A stretch of 63,698 bases of DNA, filler included, from Lama guanicoe (Eukaryota), in NCBI GenBank assembly GCA_013239625.1. It is 200 parts of 200 records of this genome, joined end to end, with 100 filler letters (N's around TTAATTAATTAA, not from the genome) between each part and the next. Parts side by side here need not be neighbours in the genome. Positions count along the whole stretch, not along the records: positions 25,202 to 25,420 come from PNXV01039767.1; positions 25,521 to 25,739 come from PNXV01039768.1; positions 25,840 to 26,058 come from PNXV01039769.1; positions 26,159 to 26,377 come from PNXV01039770.1; positions 26,478 to 26,696 come from PNXV01039771.1; positions 26,797 to 27,015 come from PNXV01039772.1; positions 27,116 to 27,334 come from PNXV01039773.1; positions 27,435 to 27,653 come from PNXV01039774.1; 192 more parts are not named here. One strand, 5' to 3'. The notes beneath the pieces are model-generated. The model ran no database searches. It had not been told where the DNA came from and saw only the letters and a list, made by a program, of their open reading frames with translations. This document shows, one piece after another, positions 25,102 through 36,902 of this stretch (positions within the stretch are counted from its first letter, which is position 1; every line of letters starts with the position of its first letter). The position numbers and the translations under genes are program-made.

Positions 25102-26477
25102 NNNNNNNNNNNNNNNNNNNNNNNNNNNNNNNNNNNNNNNNNNNNTTAATTAATTAANNNNNNNNNNNNNNNNNNNNNNNNNNNNNNNNNNNNNNNNNNN
25201 NGAAAAGGAAGCACTCCTCCTTCCTGCAGAAAACCAACAAGAGAAGTAGACGGGACCACTGTGCTAGGGAACCGCTGTCTGACGCCTGTTGGTTCCGACC
25301 AGATTGGTGGGAGGAAGGGTAAGGCTCATAAGCACCTTGTTTCCACCCAAGCGTCTCCCCACAAGAAATTCGTTACCGGCAAAGGAAAACAGTAGGAGCG
25401 TGACCCCTGAGGAGCCTGGCNNNNNNNNNNNNNNNNNNNNNNNNNNNNNNNNNNNNNNNNNNNNTTAATTAATTAANNNNNNNNNNNNNNNNNNNNNNNN
25501 NNNNNNNNNNNNNNNNNNNNGAAAAAAAAACAGGATTTTGACAGAAATTGCATTAAACCTATACATCAATTTGAAGAAAACGGACTTCTTTCAAATCACG
25601 GAACATATACTTAAATCTTTGATTTCACTGCTATATTTTATAGTTTTCAGCATCAGGTCCTAAATGTGTTTTGTTAAATTTATACCTAAGCATTCTTTTT
25701 TTAAGTAATTGTAAAAAGTATTGTATTTTAAATTTTAATNNNNNNNNNNNNNNNNNNNNNNNNNNNNNNNNNNNNNNNNNNNNTTAATTAATTAANNNNN
25801 NNNNNNNNNNNNNNNNNNNNNNNNNNNNNNNNNNNNNNNCCTGTCCCTCCCTTCCCCTCCCCTCTCACCCCCCACCTCCTGCCTGGGGACCTCAGGGCCC
25901 TGAAAGGACCAGGACATGGAGGTGATGAGACTGCTGTTCTGGCCCCACGTGCTGGAGTGTATTGGATACGATAATCTGTCTGTGAGTAAACATCGGGCAT
26001 CAGGCGTCCTCCTTTTTCCTGGGCTCTTTCACACTGTGGTTAAATCCCTGCTTTCTCANNNNNNNNNNNNNNNNNNNNNNNNNNNNNNNNNNNNNNNNNN
26101 NNTTAATTAATTAANNNNNNNNNNNNNNNNNNNNNNNNNNNNNNNNNNNNNNNNNNNNCCCCACTCTCTTAAACCAAGGAGGAACTACCCTCCAATCCCC
26201 CAGCAGGGGCAGGAGTGGCAGCTCTGTCTCCTGAATCACGTCGGGTGTCATTCTTCCCTTTTCTTGAGAAAGAGCACACGTTTGCAGGCTTTATTCCTCC
26301 TGTCCTATTGTCCCTGTTTCTTTTCGTACCAGCTTGCAGTATTTCTGTGGGTATAATTCCATCTCTATTCCTGGCTTNNNNNNNNNNNNNNNNNNNNNNN
26401 NNNNNNNNNNNNNNNNNNNNNTTAATTAATTAANNNNNNNNNNNNNNNNNNNNNNNNNNNNNNNNNNNNNNNNNNNN

Positions 26478-26680
26478 CTTCTAGAAGCAGGTAAAGGTAA
26501 GAAAATGAATTACTCCCTAGAGCTTTAGAATGAGTGCTGGCCTGCCGACACCTTGATTTTAGTCCAATGAAACTGATTTTGGATGTCTGACCTCCAGAAC
26601 CACAAGATAATAAATTTGCTTTGTCTTCAGCCACTAAATTTGCGGTCATTGGTTACAGCAGCAATAGGAAACTCATGCAC
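26478..26680 (+). mobile_element. MLT1 (MaLR) LTR 3' half
   Basis: gcctgccgacaccttgattttagtccaatgaaactgattttgg...acctccagaacc...aataaattt...agccactaaatttg...ttacagcagcaataggaaac. Confidence 0.88.
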
Positions 26681-28449
26681 AAAAAATGAGAAAATANNNN
26701 NNNNNNNNNNNNNNNNNNNNNNNNNNNNNNNNNNNNNNNNTTAATTAATTAANNNNNNNNNNNNNNNNNNNNNNNNNNNNNNNNNNNNNNNNNNNNGAAC
26801 ATTTATGCATTTCTGTTTGTAAAATATGTGGGAGAGGAATCCCTGGATTATAGGTTATACTTACGTCCGTATCTCTAGATGCTTTTAGTTTTCCGAAGTG
26901 GTTGTAACCAGTTCACACTCCCACTAGCAGTAAGTGAGCCTTCCAGAAATTCCACTTCCTTGTCTGTACCTGGTGTTGTCTGTCTTTTTGTAGTTTTGCT
27001 CTTCTGGTGGGGTATNNNNNNNNNNNNNNNNNNNNNNNNNNNNNNNNNNNNNNNNNNNNTTAATTAATTAANNNNNNNNNNNNNNNNNNNNNNNNNNNNN
27101 NNNNNNNNNNNNNNNCTTTCACTTTTTATTTTTCGTGTATGTATATAGATCCACCTAATCTGTTGTTTTTTTTTTTTTCAAAGAGCACTTGTGAATTTGA
27201 AAAATCATGTTAGCCTACTGTAATATTCACAGGAAGCAGTTCGGGTATGGCTGTGGGTCTTGAGTGGTCCACAGCCCCCAGGCCTTGAGCAGCTCCCAGT
27301 CATAAAGAGATTGAAAGTTCATGTTAACTGCAAANNNNNNNNNNNNNNNNNNNNNNNNNNNNNNNNNNNNNNNNNNNNTTAATTAATTAANNNNNNNNNN
27401 NNNNNNNNNNNNNNNNNNNNNNNNNNNNNNNNNNCTTGGCCTGTAGTAGTATCAATGGAACTCAGCTTTTCTCATCTGAAGACAACTTCTCCCGTCTTCC
27501 TCTCAGCAATTGTTCAAAACGTTTGCCAGCCTATCCAAGTCCTCTACGTGCCCTACCTAGCCCTTCATGCCAGGAAAATAAAAGGTATCGGCTTCTTGAT
27601 CTGTCGTCCCTTCATCAACCAATCACTGTCTACACCCATTTTTCATTCTCTCTNNNNNNNNNNNNNNNNNNNNNNNNNNNNNNNNNNNNNNNNNNNNTTA
27701 ATTAATTAANNNNNNNNNNNNNNNNNNNNNNNNNNNNNNNNNNNNNNNNNNNNGCAAAGGAAAACTTGTTTCCAGTTGAGAAAATTTAAAACATTGTGCT
27801 GATCACGTGAAAACTCCTGTGGCCACATTTTACCTGCAGCCTGCCAGTGTGCTCTGTGGGGCCCTGTTAAACTGTGAGCACCCCGTGATCAAAGCTGGGC
27901 TGCGGAGAGGGCAGCATCCCAGTGAAAGGAGAGGCACGGCCTTGGGAAGCCCAGTCAGGAAAGGGTCTCCTTNNNNNNNNNNNNNNNNNNNNNNNNNNNN
28001 NNNNNNNNNNNNNNNNTTAATTAATTAANNNNNNNNNNNNNNNNNNNNNNNNNNNNNNNNNNNNNNNNNNNNTTTTATACTTTGAGTTATAACCCAGTAT
28101 CATTTTATTTATATTGTTGCTTAAATTTTTCTAGCTTTGGCCGTTGAGAACTCTTTCAGAAGGCTCTTAAGCACCTTTGACATAGCTCTATCAATTAAAA
28201 ACTAACCCTTAGTTTCTGGTAGTACAAAGACTGTAGGCTTATCTTAAGTATTTCCTGACTCGATTCTAGAAGCAGCTATTTCTCCAAGGATNNNNNNNNN
28301 NNNNNNNNNNNNNNNNNNNNNNNNNNNNNNNNNNNTTAATTAATTAANNNNNNNNNNNNNNNNNNNNNNNNNNNNNNNNNNNNNNNNNNNNTTGCAAGGT
28401 GTTACTAGGGAAGGAATGAAACTCTCGCCAAAGCTGATCATATGATTAT

Positions 28450-28610
28450 AATACTAAGAGCTAACACTTACTGAATACTTACAGAGAACTAGACATTGTT
28501 CTAAGTCATTTCTGTATCGAAACTACTTTGCTGATTAACAATGACTGACAACGACCCTGCTATCCTAAGTTGAGGACATGGAGGCGGAGCTGTTAAGAAA
28601 CTTGCTCAGC
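28450..28610 (-). mobile_element. MIR SINE fragment
   Basis: agctaacacttactgaatacttac...ctagacattgttctaag...tgaggacatggaggc...gttaagaaacttgctcag. Confidence 0.65.
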
Positions 28611-28754
28611 NNNNNNNNNNNNNNNNNNNNNNNNNNNNNNNNNNNNNNNNNNNNTTAATTAATTAANNNNNNNNNNNNNNNNNNNNNNNNNNNNNNNNNN
28701 NNNNNNNNNNGGCAGTATGATTTTAATGTTCATTTTTAAAATAGAGTGTTTGAA

Positions 28755-28929
28755 CTGTACTTTCTAATAAAATAACTGCTAGCTCCTTGTGGCTGTCAAG
28801 CACTTAAAATATGAGTAGTCTGCATATTCAGACACACACAATAACTGTGTATATAGTAAGTGTAAAATACACTCCAGATTTGTCTTGTACCCAAAAAGGG
28901 CATGAAATATCTGATTGAAATTTTTATGT
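28755..28929. mobile_element. MER3/MER33-like hAT MITE
   Basis: ctagctccttgtggctgtcaagcacttaaaatatg...gtaagtgtaaaatacactccagattt. Confidence 0.7.
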
Positions 28930-29029
28930 NNNNNNNNNNNNNNNNNNNNNNNNNNNNNNNNNNNNNNNNNNNNTTAATTAATTAANNNNNNNNNNNNNNN
29001 NNNNNNNNNNNNNNNNNNNNNNNNNNNNN

Positions 29030-29248
29030 TTTTTTTGAAGAAACTGATTAGCTGTTTCTAAAACACATGTAAAAATTAAAAGTCCAGAATAGCCAAAGCA
29101 AGTTTGATAAAAACAAAACAAAAATAGAACAAGATTGGAGGGCTAACAGTACTGGACTTCAAGGCTTACTATAAAGCTACAGTAACAAATGGAATGTGTT
29201 ATTGGTAGCAAGATAGAAAAATAGAACAATTGAATAAAACAGAGACTA
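29030..29248 (+). mobile_element. L1 ORF2 fragment
   Basis: ccagaatagccaaagcaagtttg...gaacaagattggagggctaacagtactggacttcaaggcttactataaagctacagtaa. Confidence 0.85.
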
Positions 29249-31344
29249 NNNNNNNNNNNNNNNNNNNNNNNNNNNNNNNNNNNNNNNNNNNNTTAATTAA
29301 TTAANNNNNNNNNNNNNNNNNNNNNNNNNNNNNNNNNNNNNNNNNNNNTCACGGACCCCAGAAGAAACCATAAAGTGTGGCCCAAACAATGTAAAGCAAA
29401 GAGTTTCAAGCTGAACAACAAAGACTCTCACGCCCCAACTCCCCAGAGGAAAGAGAACCCTGCAAAGAATGCCCTTCTGGCCAAGAGGAGTCAGTGTGAG
29501 ATTACGCTCAACTCGCACCCTCTAGTGAATATGTCATAAAAAGTTGGTCTCCGAGGAAATCAGAAGCNNNNNNNNNNNNNNNNNNNNNNNNNNNNNNNNN
29601 NNNNNNNNNNNTTAATTAATTAANNNNNNNNNNNNNNNNNNNNNNNNNNNNNNNNNNNNNNNNNNNNATACTAAATGAGGTCTCGGGGGCTAATCATTCC
29701 CCCAATTCAGGAACCACTTCCTCAGCAGCCTGGGCAGGGGCTACACTGCCTCATCGTGAACACTTTCCGTGATGGGGCGCTCGCTACTTTGGAATTCACA
29801 CATCTTGCTGGTGCTTAGCTTTCACTTGCCAAGTTCTTTCTTTCTTGCCAAGGCGACAGTGGAAAAATCTAAGTATCTCGACTCATNNNNNNNNNNNNNN
29901 NNNNNNNNNNNNNNNNNNNNNNNNNNNNNNTTAATTAATTAANNNNNNNNNNNNNNNNNNNNNNNNNNNNNNNNNNNNNNNNNNNNGAGACCCTGAGGAG
30001 CCTCAGGCCAGTCCAGCTGTGCCACCCTAACAAGACATGACACTAGATAGGAAGGACACTCAGGACCTCGGGACTTGCTGGGTTGGCTCCAGGACAGGAG
30101 CTAATTTGCTTGAAGGGCCCTTGGTCCTGCGATGCGGGGATAAGAGAGCCGGGCAGTGGCAGCCTCTGCAGAGCTCGGGGGCATCTGCACCATGCCCTGG
30201 ACTCTNNNNNNNNNNNNNNNNNNNNNNNNNNNNNNNNNNNNNNNNNNNNTTAATTAATTAANNNNNNNNNNNNNNNNNNNNNNNNNNNNNNNNNNNNNNN
30301 NNNNNAGGGCCTTCAGACTGGGACAGATCTTCCCCAGATGTGGAGTCGTGTCCACGACTGAGCTCTTTTCACGTAGCTGGGAAAGATAATTGAGTCAAGT
30401 GATGGTGGGTGTTACACTAAAGCACGTATCTCATCTTGCTCAGTGAGAGAAGGATGTTTTGTCTCATTACAGATGAAATTCACATAAAATGGATAATTTT
30501 TATTACATTCACAGCATTGAGTATNNNNNNNNNNNNNNNNNNNNNNNNNNNNNNNNNNNNNNNNNNNNTTAATTAATTAANNNNNNNNNNNNNNNNNNNN
30601 NNNNNNNNNNNNNNNNNNNNNNNNTTGTTATTCAATGCTCATTTTCCTTTGATTTATCCTGTCCTTGCTATTTTGTGCAAAAAATATACTTTTTGTCAAA
30701 TATATACTAATCATAATTACTATGTAAATTTTTTCCATTTTTAAAGTTTCTGATCTGAAAGTTTTGTCCAACATAGTTTCAGTCATTTGATGTTGAAGCC
30801 CTTTTACTGCCATTTAATACTTCCTTTCTTGTCTTTTCATCCANNNNNNNNNNNNNNNNNNNNNNNNNNNNNNNNNNNNNNNNNNNNTTAATTAATTAAN
30901 NNNNNNNNNNNNNNNNNNNNNNNNNNNNNNNNNNNNNNNNNNNTCTCCACATGCTCAGTTCTGAGAGATGAGAGTGTTTGAAAACCCTACCTAAAATAAC
31001 TTGAAGGTAAGACAAAGTTTCTTTTCAGTTGCAATCTACACTGCATATATATATATATATATACATGGGGAAGTAGAAGCTTCAAACTTATTTAACAAAA
31101 AAAATGCAGGAACTTTAAAGTGACACTAGAAAACAGACTGAAAATCCAGATTATGTGTTTCCNNNNNNNNNNNNNNNNNNNNNNNNNNNNNNNNNNNNNN
31201 NNNNNNTTAATTAATTAANNNNNNNNNNNNNNNNNNNNNNNNNNNNNNNNNNNNNNNNNNNNTCAGCCATTGTTTCTTTCTTTCTTTCTTGTCTGTTTTT
31301 GTTGTTTTGGATGGGGGTGGCGAGTGTTGTTGTCATTGTTGTTT

Positions 31345-31476
31345 TGGTTTTTTTTGAAGGTAGGGAGGTAATTAGGTTTATTTATATATTTTTGTAGAGG
31401 AGCTACTGGCGATTGGACCTATGACCTTGTGTGTGCTAAACACGCGCCCTACCACTTGAGCTATACCCTCCCCCCC
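31345..31476 (-). mobile_element. Camelid tRNA-derived SINE (Vic-1 type)
   Basis: Reverse complement GGGGGAGGGTATAGCTCAAGTGGTAGGGCGCGTGTTTAGCACACACAAGGTCATAGGTCCAATCGCCAGTAGCTCC...AAATAAACCTAATTACCTCCC shows an A box, a decayed B box and the characteristic tail. Confidence 0.82.
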
Positions 31477-31900
31477 TTTTTNNNNNNNNNNNNNNNNNNN
31501 NNNNNNNNNNNNNNNNNNNNNNNNNTTAATTAATTAANNNNNNNNNNNNNNNNNNNNNNNNNNNNNNNNNNNNNNNNNNNNGGGAGTTCTTTCTTAACTT
31601 GGCTTTTAAAGGGGTAGTTTTTCACTGCACACCCTTAAAGTTTTTTTCTCTAAAGTCAAACATTCATTTATTGGGATCTGTCTCAGTGTTGACCACTCCG
31701 TATCAATTTCCCTTCCACTCAGTAAATTCAAGTCTTCCTTTATTTCAGGAAAGTTGTTTTGAATGTTGACCCTAATATTTTTTTCTGACCCATCGTTCAG
31801 NNNNNNNNNNNNNNNNNNNNNNNNNNNNNNNNNNNNNNNNNNNNTTAATTAATTAANNNNNNNNNNNNNNNNNNNNNNNNNNNNNNNNNNNNNNNNNNNN

Positions 31901-32119
31901 AGCCACTGTGGAAAACAGTATGGAAATTCCTGAAAACACTAGGAATAGACTCACCATATGACCCAGTAAACCTGCTCCTGGGCATACATCCAGAGGAACC
32001 CTATTTCAAAAAGACACCTGCACCCCAGTGTTCACAGCAGCAATATATACAACAGCCAAGACATGGGAATAGCCTAAACATTCATCAACAGATGATTGGA
32101 TAAAGAAGATGTGGCATAT
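31901..32119 (+). mobile_element. L1 ORF2 C-terminal fragment
   Basis: agccactgtggaaaacagtatggaaattcc...accatatgacccag...aaagacacctgcaccccagtgttcacagcagca...gattggataaagaagatgtgg. Confidence 0.92.
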
Positions 32120-32538
32120 NNNNNNNNNNNNNNNNNNNNNNNNNNNNNNNNNNNNNNNNNNNNTTAATTAATTAANNNNNNNNNNNNNNNNNNNNNNNNN
32201 NNNNNNNNNNNNNNNNNNNAGTATAACTTCCTGCTTTTTTAATTTATAGAAATGAACTCTCATTTATCCAAAGCAAAGTGTTGGAAAGATGATAAGACAG
32301 AACCCAATTCTAACAGTACCATTTCTCTAGTAGAAAATTGAGACAAGAAATTAGGTGTTTTCGAAAAACTGCAGTGCCTATAGGTATTCTCTTGTTTTTG
32401 AGCTCTTAGTGAACTCTAGAAACTATATGTGAAGTTAANNNNNNNNNNNNNNNNNNNNNNNNNNNNNNNNNNNNNNNNNNNNTTAATTAATTAANNNNNN
32501 NNNNNNNNNNNNNNNNNNNNNNNNNNNNNNNNNNNNNN

Positions 32539-32757
32539 GGTCTTTGTTGTAAAGCTCCTATGTATCCTGGCTCCTCCCCTACTTCTTCGGAGCAGCGCCT
32601 CTGTTGCCGAGTCCAAACTCGTTCTGCTCGCCACATAACAGGCCAATAAATCGGGAGACAAAGTGTTGGGGCAAGGAATAGTGACTTTATTCTGAAAGCC
32701 GGCGGACCGAGGGGATGGCAGACTAACATCTTGGAAAACCATCCTGCTCTAGTCAGA
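32539..32757. mobile_element. Junction of two ERV1-type LTRs (LTR end at 32602 abutting MER41-like LTR sequence)
   Basis: Minus strand: ...aataaagtcactattccttgccccaac...gagtttggactcggcaACA | gaggcgctgctccgaagaagtaggggaggagccaggatacatagg. The second part resembles the LTR at 56544-56680. Confidence 0.65.
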
Positions 32758-32869
32758 NNNNNNNNNNNNNNNNNNNNNNNNNNNNNNNNNNNNNNNNNNN
32801 NTTAATTAATTAANNNNNNNNNNNNNNNNNNNNNNNNNNNNNNNNNNNNNNNNNNNNTATGGCCATCAA

Positions 32870-33018
32870 TTTATATATATATAAATAAATATATATATAT
32901 ATATATTTTTCTATATATCTATATATAGAAATATAAATATATATATATAAATATATATATTTATAAATAAATAAATATAAATATATATATTTATAAATAA
33001 ATATAAATATATATATTT

Positions 33019-33060
<42 letters not shown>

Positions 33061-33075
33061 TATATATATATATAT
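32870..33075. repeat. (TA)n / AT-rich low-complexity microsatellite (218-bp contig)
   Basis: Directly visible. Confidence 0.95.
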
Positions 33076-33494
33076 NNNNNNNNNNNNNNNNNNNNNNNNN
33101 NNNNNNNNNNNNNNNNNNNTTAATTAATTAANNNNNNNNNNNNNNNNNNNNNNNNNNNNNNNNNNNNNNNNNNNNAGCAAGGTGGACAAGGTGGGGGGCA
33201 GTGGGGCAGGGCAGGGGGCGTCCTCCACGGTTGGCGGTGGAGCAGCTGAGCACAACCTTTGGTGGCAGGCCGGGAAGGAGAGGTGTCTAGTCTGGGGACA
33301 GATGGTCTAAAGAACTTTCCTTCTCCCTCATTCATTTTTTTTACATTTTTTTTTTGTTGAGCTATAGTCAGTTTACAATGTTGTGTCAATTTCCNNNNNN
33401 NNNNNNNNNNNNNNNNNNNNNNNNNNNNNNNNNNNNNNTTAATTAATTAANNNNNNNNNNNNNNNNNNNNNNNNNNNNNNNNNNNNNNNNNNNN

Positions 33495-33713
33495 CTCCAA
33501 AGAAGACATACAGATGACCAACAGGCACATGAGAAGATGCTCAATAGCTCTAATTATCAGAGCAATGCAAATCAAAACTGCAGTGAAGTATCACCTTACA
33601 CCAGTCATAATGGCCATCAATAAAAAGTCCATAAATGATAAATGCTGGAGAGGGTGTAGCAAAAGGGGAACCCTCCTACACTGTTGGTGGGAATGTAAAT
33701 TGGTGCAGCCACT
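33495..33713 (+). mobile_element. L1 ORF2 C-terminal (Cys-rich region) fragment
   Basis: [66 protein letters not shown] is the canonical L1 ORF2 C-terminal motif. Confidence 0.95.
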
Positions 33714-33869
33714 NNNNNNNNNNNNNNNNNNNNNNNNNNNNNNNNNNNNNNNNNNNNTTAATTAATTAANNNNNNNNNNNNNNNNNNNNNNNNNNNNNNN
33801 NNNNNNNNNNNNNGTTCTCCAACTTGTTCTTCTGTTTCTTGGTTTCAATATCAAAGTCCTTCTCAGTTA

Positions 33870-33887
33870 TTTATATATATATATACG

Positions 33888-33925
<38 letters not shown>

Positions 33926-33964
33926 TACACAGATACACATACACAGATACACATACACATACAA

Positions 33965-33998
<34 letters not shown>
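33870..33998. repeat. Compound (TA)n(CA)n(TA)n microsatellite (218-bp contig)
   Basis: Directly visible. Confidence 0.95.
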
Positions 33999-35741
33999 TA
34001 GAAGAACCTTATCAATTTCTGCAAATATTCTNNNNNNNNNNNNNNNNNNNNNNNNNNNNNNNNNNNNNNNNNNNNTTAATTAATTAANNNNNNNNNNNNN
34101 NNNNNNNNNNNNNNNNNNNNNNNNNNNNNNNACCCAGCCCCCTTCATCATCAACACCATGGCGCGTCATTGTCGCAAAGGTGGGGTGGACTTCGGCCCTG
34201 CGGTCTTCTGCGGCCGGGGCATCTCCTGGCCCCCAGGGACACGCAAACACCAGCCTAGGGAGAAGTCCCTTCTCTTCCTGAGGATGCGCTGTTTTGCAGC
34301 CGTGGCTGGTCCCTTGTGCAGGTCAGGATGTCCCCTTACTGGCCAGGGGGNNNNNNNNNNNNNNNNNNNNNNNNNNNNNNNNNNNNNNNNNNNNTTAATT
34401 AATTAANNNNNNNNNNNNNNNNNNNNNNNNNNNNNNNNNNNNNNNNNNNNTTCTTAAGATTCTTGGAAGTCAGAGGGGTGACAGGAATGAATCTATAAGA
34501 CAAAGTTTTCCAAAGGGAGAGTTAAAAGGAGAAAACAAATGTTTTGGCTGATAGGAGGGAAAGTCAAATTATTCGGTGCTACACAAAAGAATCGTTGGTT
34601 CAGCTTTCAGAGGGCAAGTGCTGTGTTTCTTTCTTCACTGGCAGATTCTGCCCCGTCAAGCCTGCAGATNNNNNNNNNNNNNNNNNNNNNNNNNNNNNNN
34701 NNNNNNNNNNNNNTTAATTAATTAANNNNNNNNNNNNNNNNNNNNNNNNNNNNNNNNNNNNNNNNNNNNGACACTGTCCACCTCCTCTCTGTCTCTCTGG
34801 AAGCAGGAAATAAATCTCTCCTATGACAGGTGCACCCCCTGGGGGATGGGGGCTGGGGGCTGCGGGCTGCGGGCTGCGGACACACTGGCTCCTGCGAATC
34901 AGTTCATGCTTGGAACATTCCATTGTGACTGCTGAGGAACCAATTAGCTTTGTGCTGACCAAAGCCAACTCCCCTTTCTGCCTGTTTCNNNNNNNNNNNN
35001 NNNNNNNNNNNNNNNNNNNNNNNNNNNNNNNNTTAATTAATTAANNNNNNNNNNNNNNNNNNNNNNNNNNNNNNNNNNNNNNNNNNNNGCCCGCGGCCTG
35101 GACCCACGGCAGGGCCTTTGCTGTTTCCCCCACACACTTCAGCAAAATCCTCCCCCTGGTCTGCATGCCCTCCCCCCAGACTCACGTGGTGCAGTCCAGC
35201 TGTCCTTGAAGACTCTGGAGTCACCTCTTCCAGGAAGCTCTCCGGGATTCCACCCCTTTCCTTGGAAGAGCGGGCCCTTGCCCTTCTGAGCCCCCTCTAA
35301 GCACCCTNNNNNNNNNNNNNNNNNNNNNNNNNNNNNNNNNNNNNNNNNNNNTTAATTAATTAANNNNNNNNNNNNNNNNNNNNNNNNNNNNNNNNNNNNN
35401 NNNNNNNAGAGCGCTGGGAAGCAAGGCTGCCGCTCTGGGACACGGCGTTCCTTGGCGTTGGTGGGCCAGCCTTCCCAGGGCTGGGACCTGAGGGCCAAGC
35501 GACACCAAGAATCTTCCGGAAGAGGCAGGACCCTCACCCACGCAAGGGAACTGCACGTCCACAACCAAGTGGCCTACTGAGTAAAATGAACAGAAAGCCA
35601 CTGGGTTGTGGGGAGGGGAAAGTGCCNNNNNNNNNNNNNNNNNNNNNNNNNNNNNNNNNNNNNNNNNNNNTTAATTAATTAANNNNNNNNNNNNNNNNNN
35701 NNNNNNNNNNNNNNNNNNNNNNNNNNTGGAAAGGTGGCTGC

Positions 35742-35945
35742 TGTTACGGGCTTAACTGTGTCTCCTCAAAATCCATAGGTTGAAGCCCTGACCCCCAGTA
35801 CCCCAGAATGCGACTGTATTTGGAGAGAGGGCCTTTAAAGAGGAAATGAAGTTAAAATGGGGTTGTTAGGGTGGGCCCTAATCCAGTATCACTCGCGTCC
35901 TTATACAAAGAGGAGATTCAGACACAGATGGCACAGACGGAGAAC
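35742..35945 (+). mobile_element. MLT1A/B (MaLR) LTR 5' end
   Basis: TGTTACGGGCTTAACTGTGTCTCCTCAAAATCCATAGGTTGAAGCCCTGACCCCCAG...agggtgggccctaatccag. Confidence 0.9.
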
Positions 35946-36364
35946 NNNNNNNNNNNNNNNNNNNNNNNNNNNNNNNNNNNNNNNNNNNNTTAATTAATTA
36001 ANNNNNNNNNNNNNNNNNNNNNNNNNNNNNNNNNNNNNNNNNNNNTAGAATCCACCTGTGGGTTGGTCTGTTTGTTTCATCTTCATTTATAATGAAAGGA
36101 AATACTAATTTTCAATTAGGGGGTAATGAAAAGAACGATGTAATTTTTTCCTGCATCCAAGTACACATGTGTGCTGAATTTTGTTTTCAGAGCCTCAAAG
36201 CACCTGAGATATAGGGAGACCAGATTAAGAACTCATGGTTCCAGATTCAGTTTTTCTAACCAGTNNNNNNNNNNNNNNNNNNNNNNNNNNNNNNNNNNNN
36301 NNNNNNNNTTAATTAATTAANNNNNNNNNNNNNNNNNNNNNNNNNNNNNNNNNNNNNNNNNNNN

Positions 36365-36583
36365 CTGTGCTATACAGTATGAACTTGCTATTTATCTATT
36401 TTATATATATTAGAGTATCTGCAAATCTTGAACTCCCGATTTATCCCTTCCCACCCCCTCCCTCCCACCCCCAGTAAACATAAGTTTGTTTTCTATGTCT
36501 GTGAGTATATTTCTATTTTGTAAATAAGTTTGTCTTTTTTTAGATTCCACATATAAGTGATATCAGATGGTATTTTTCTTTCT
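36365..36583 (-). mobile_element. L1 3' UTR fragment (cetartiodactyl-type, antisense)
   Basis: ctgtgctatacagta...ataagtttgttttctatgtctgtgagt...tagattccacatataagtgatatc. Confidence 0.9.
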
Positions 36584-36683
36584 NNNNNNNNNNNNNNNNN
36601 NNNNNNNNNNNNNNNNNNNNNNNNNNNTTAATTAATTAANNNNNNNNNNNNNNNNNNNNNNNNNNNNNNNNNNNNNNNNNNNN

Positions 36684-36902
36684 GTCCCAGAGCCTGGCCC
36701 GCCGGGGAGGGGCGAGCGGGGAAGGAAGGAGGGACCGGCGCGCGGGGCAGGGGGGCCGGAGGGAGGAGCCCCGGCTGCAAGCTGACACCCGCGCGCCTCG
36801 CGGAACCCGGAGCGCTCCGGCGCGCACACACTCTCGCATTCACACTCGCACGCCGCTCGCTCACACCTTCCGGGGCTGCGCCTCCCTGCAGCGCTCACCG
36901 CC
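36684..36902. promoter_or_regulatory. CpG island fragment (promoter / 5' UTR-like)
   Basis: Very GC- and CpG-rich with GC-box-like runs (ggggaggggcg); no gene identifiable. Confidence 0.6.

Noticed and set aside
31400..31476. tRNA gene
   Set aside because: Decayed B box and stems, followed by a SINE tail: a tRNA-derived SINE.
33824..34087. 87-aa ORF with YI/TH repeats
   Set aside because: Translation of a (TA)n(CA)n microsatellite.
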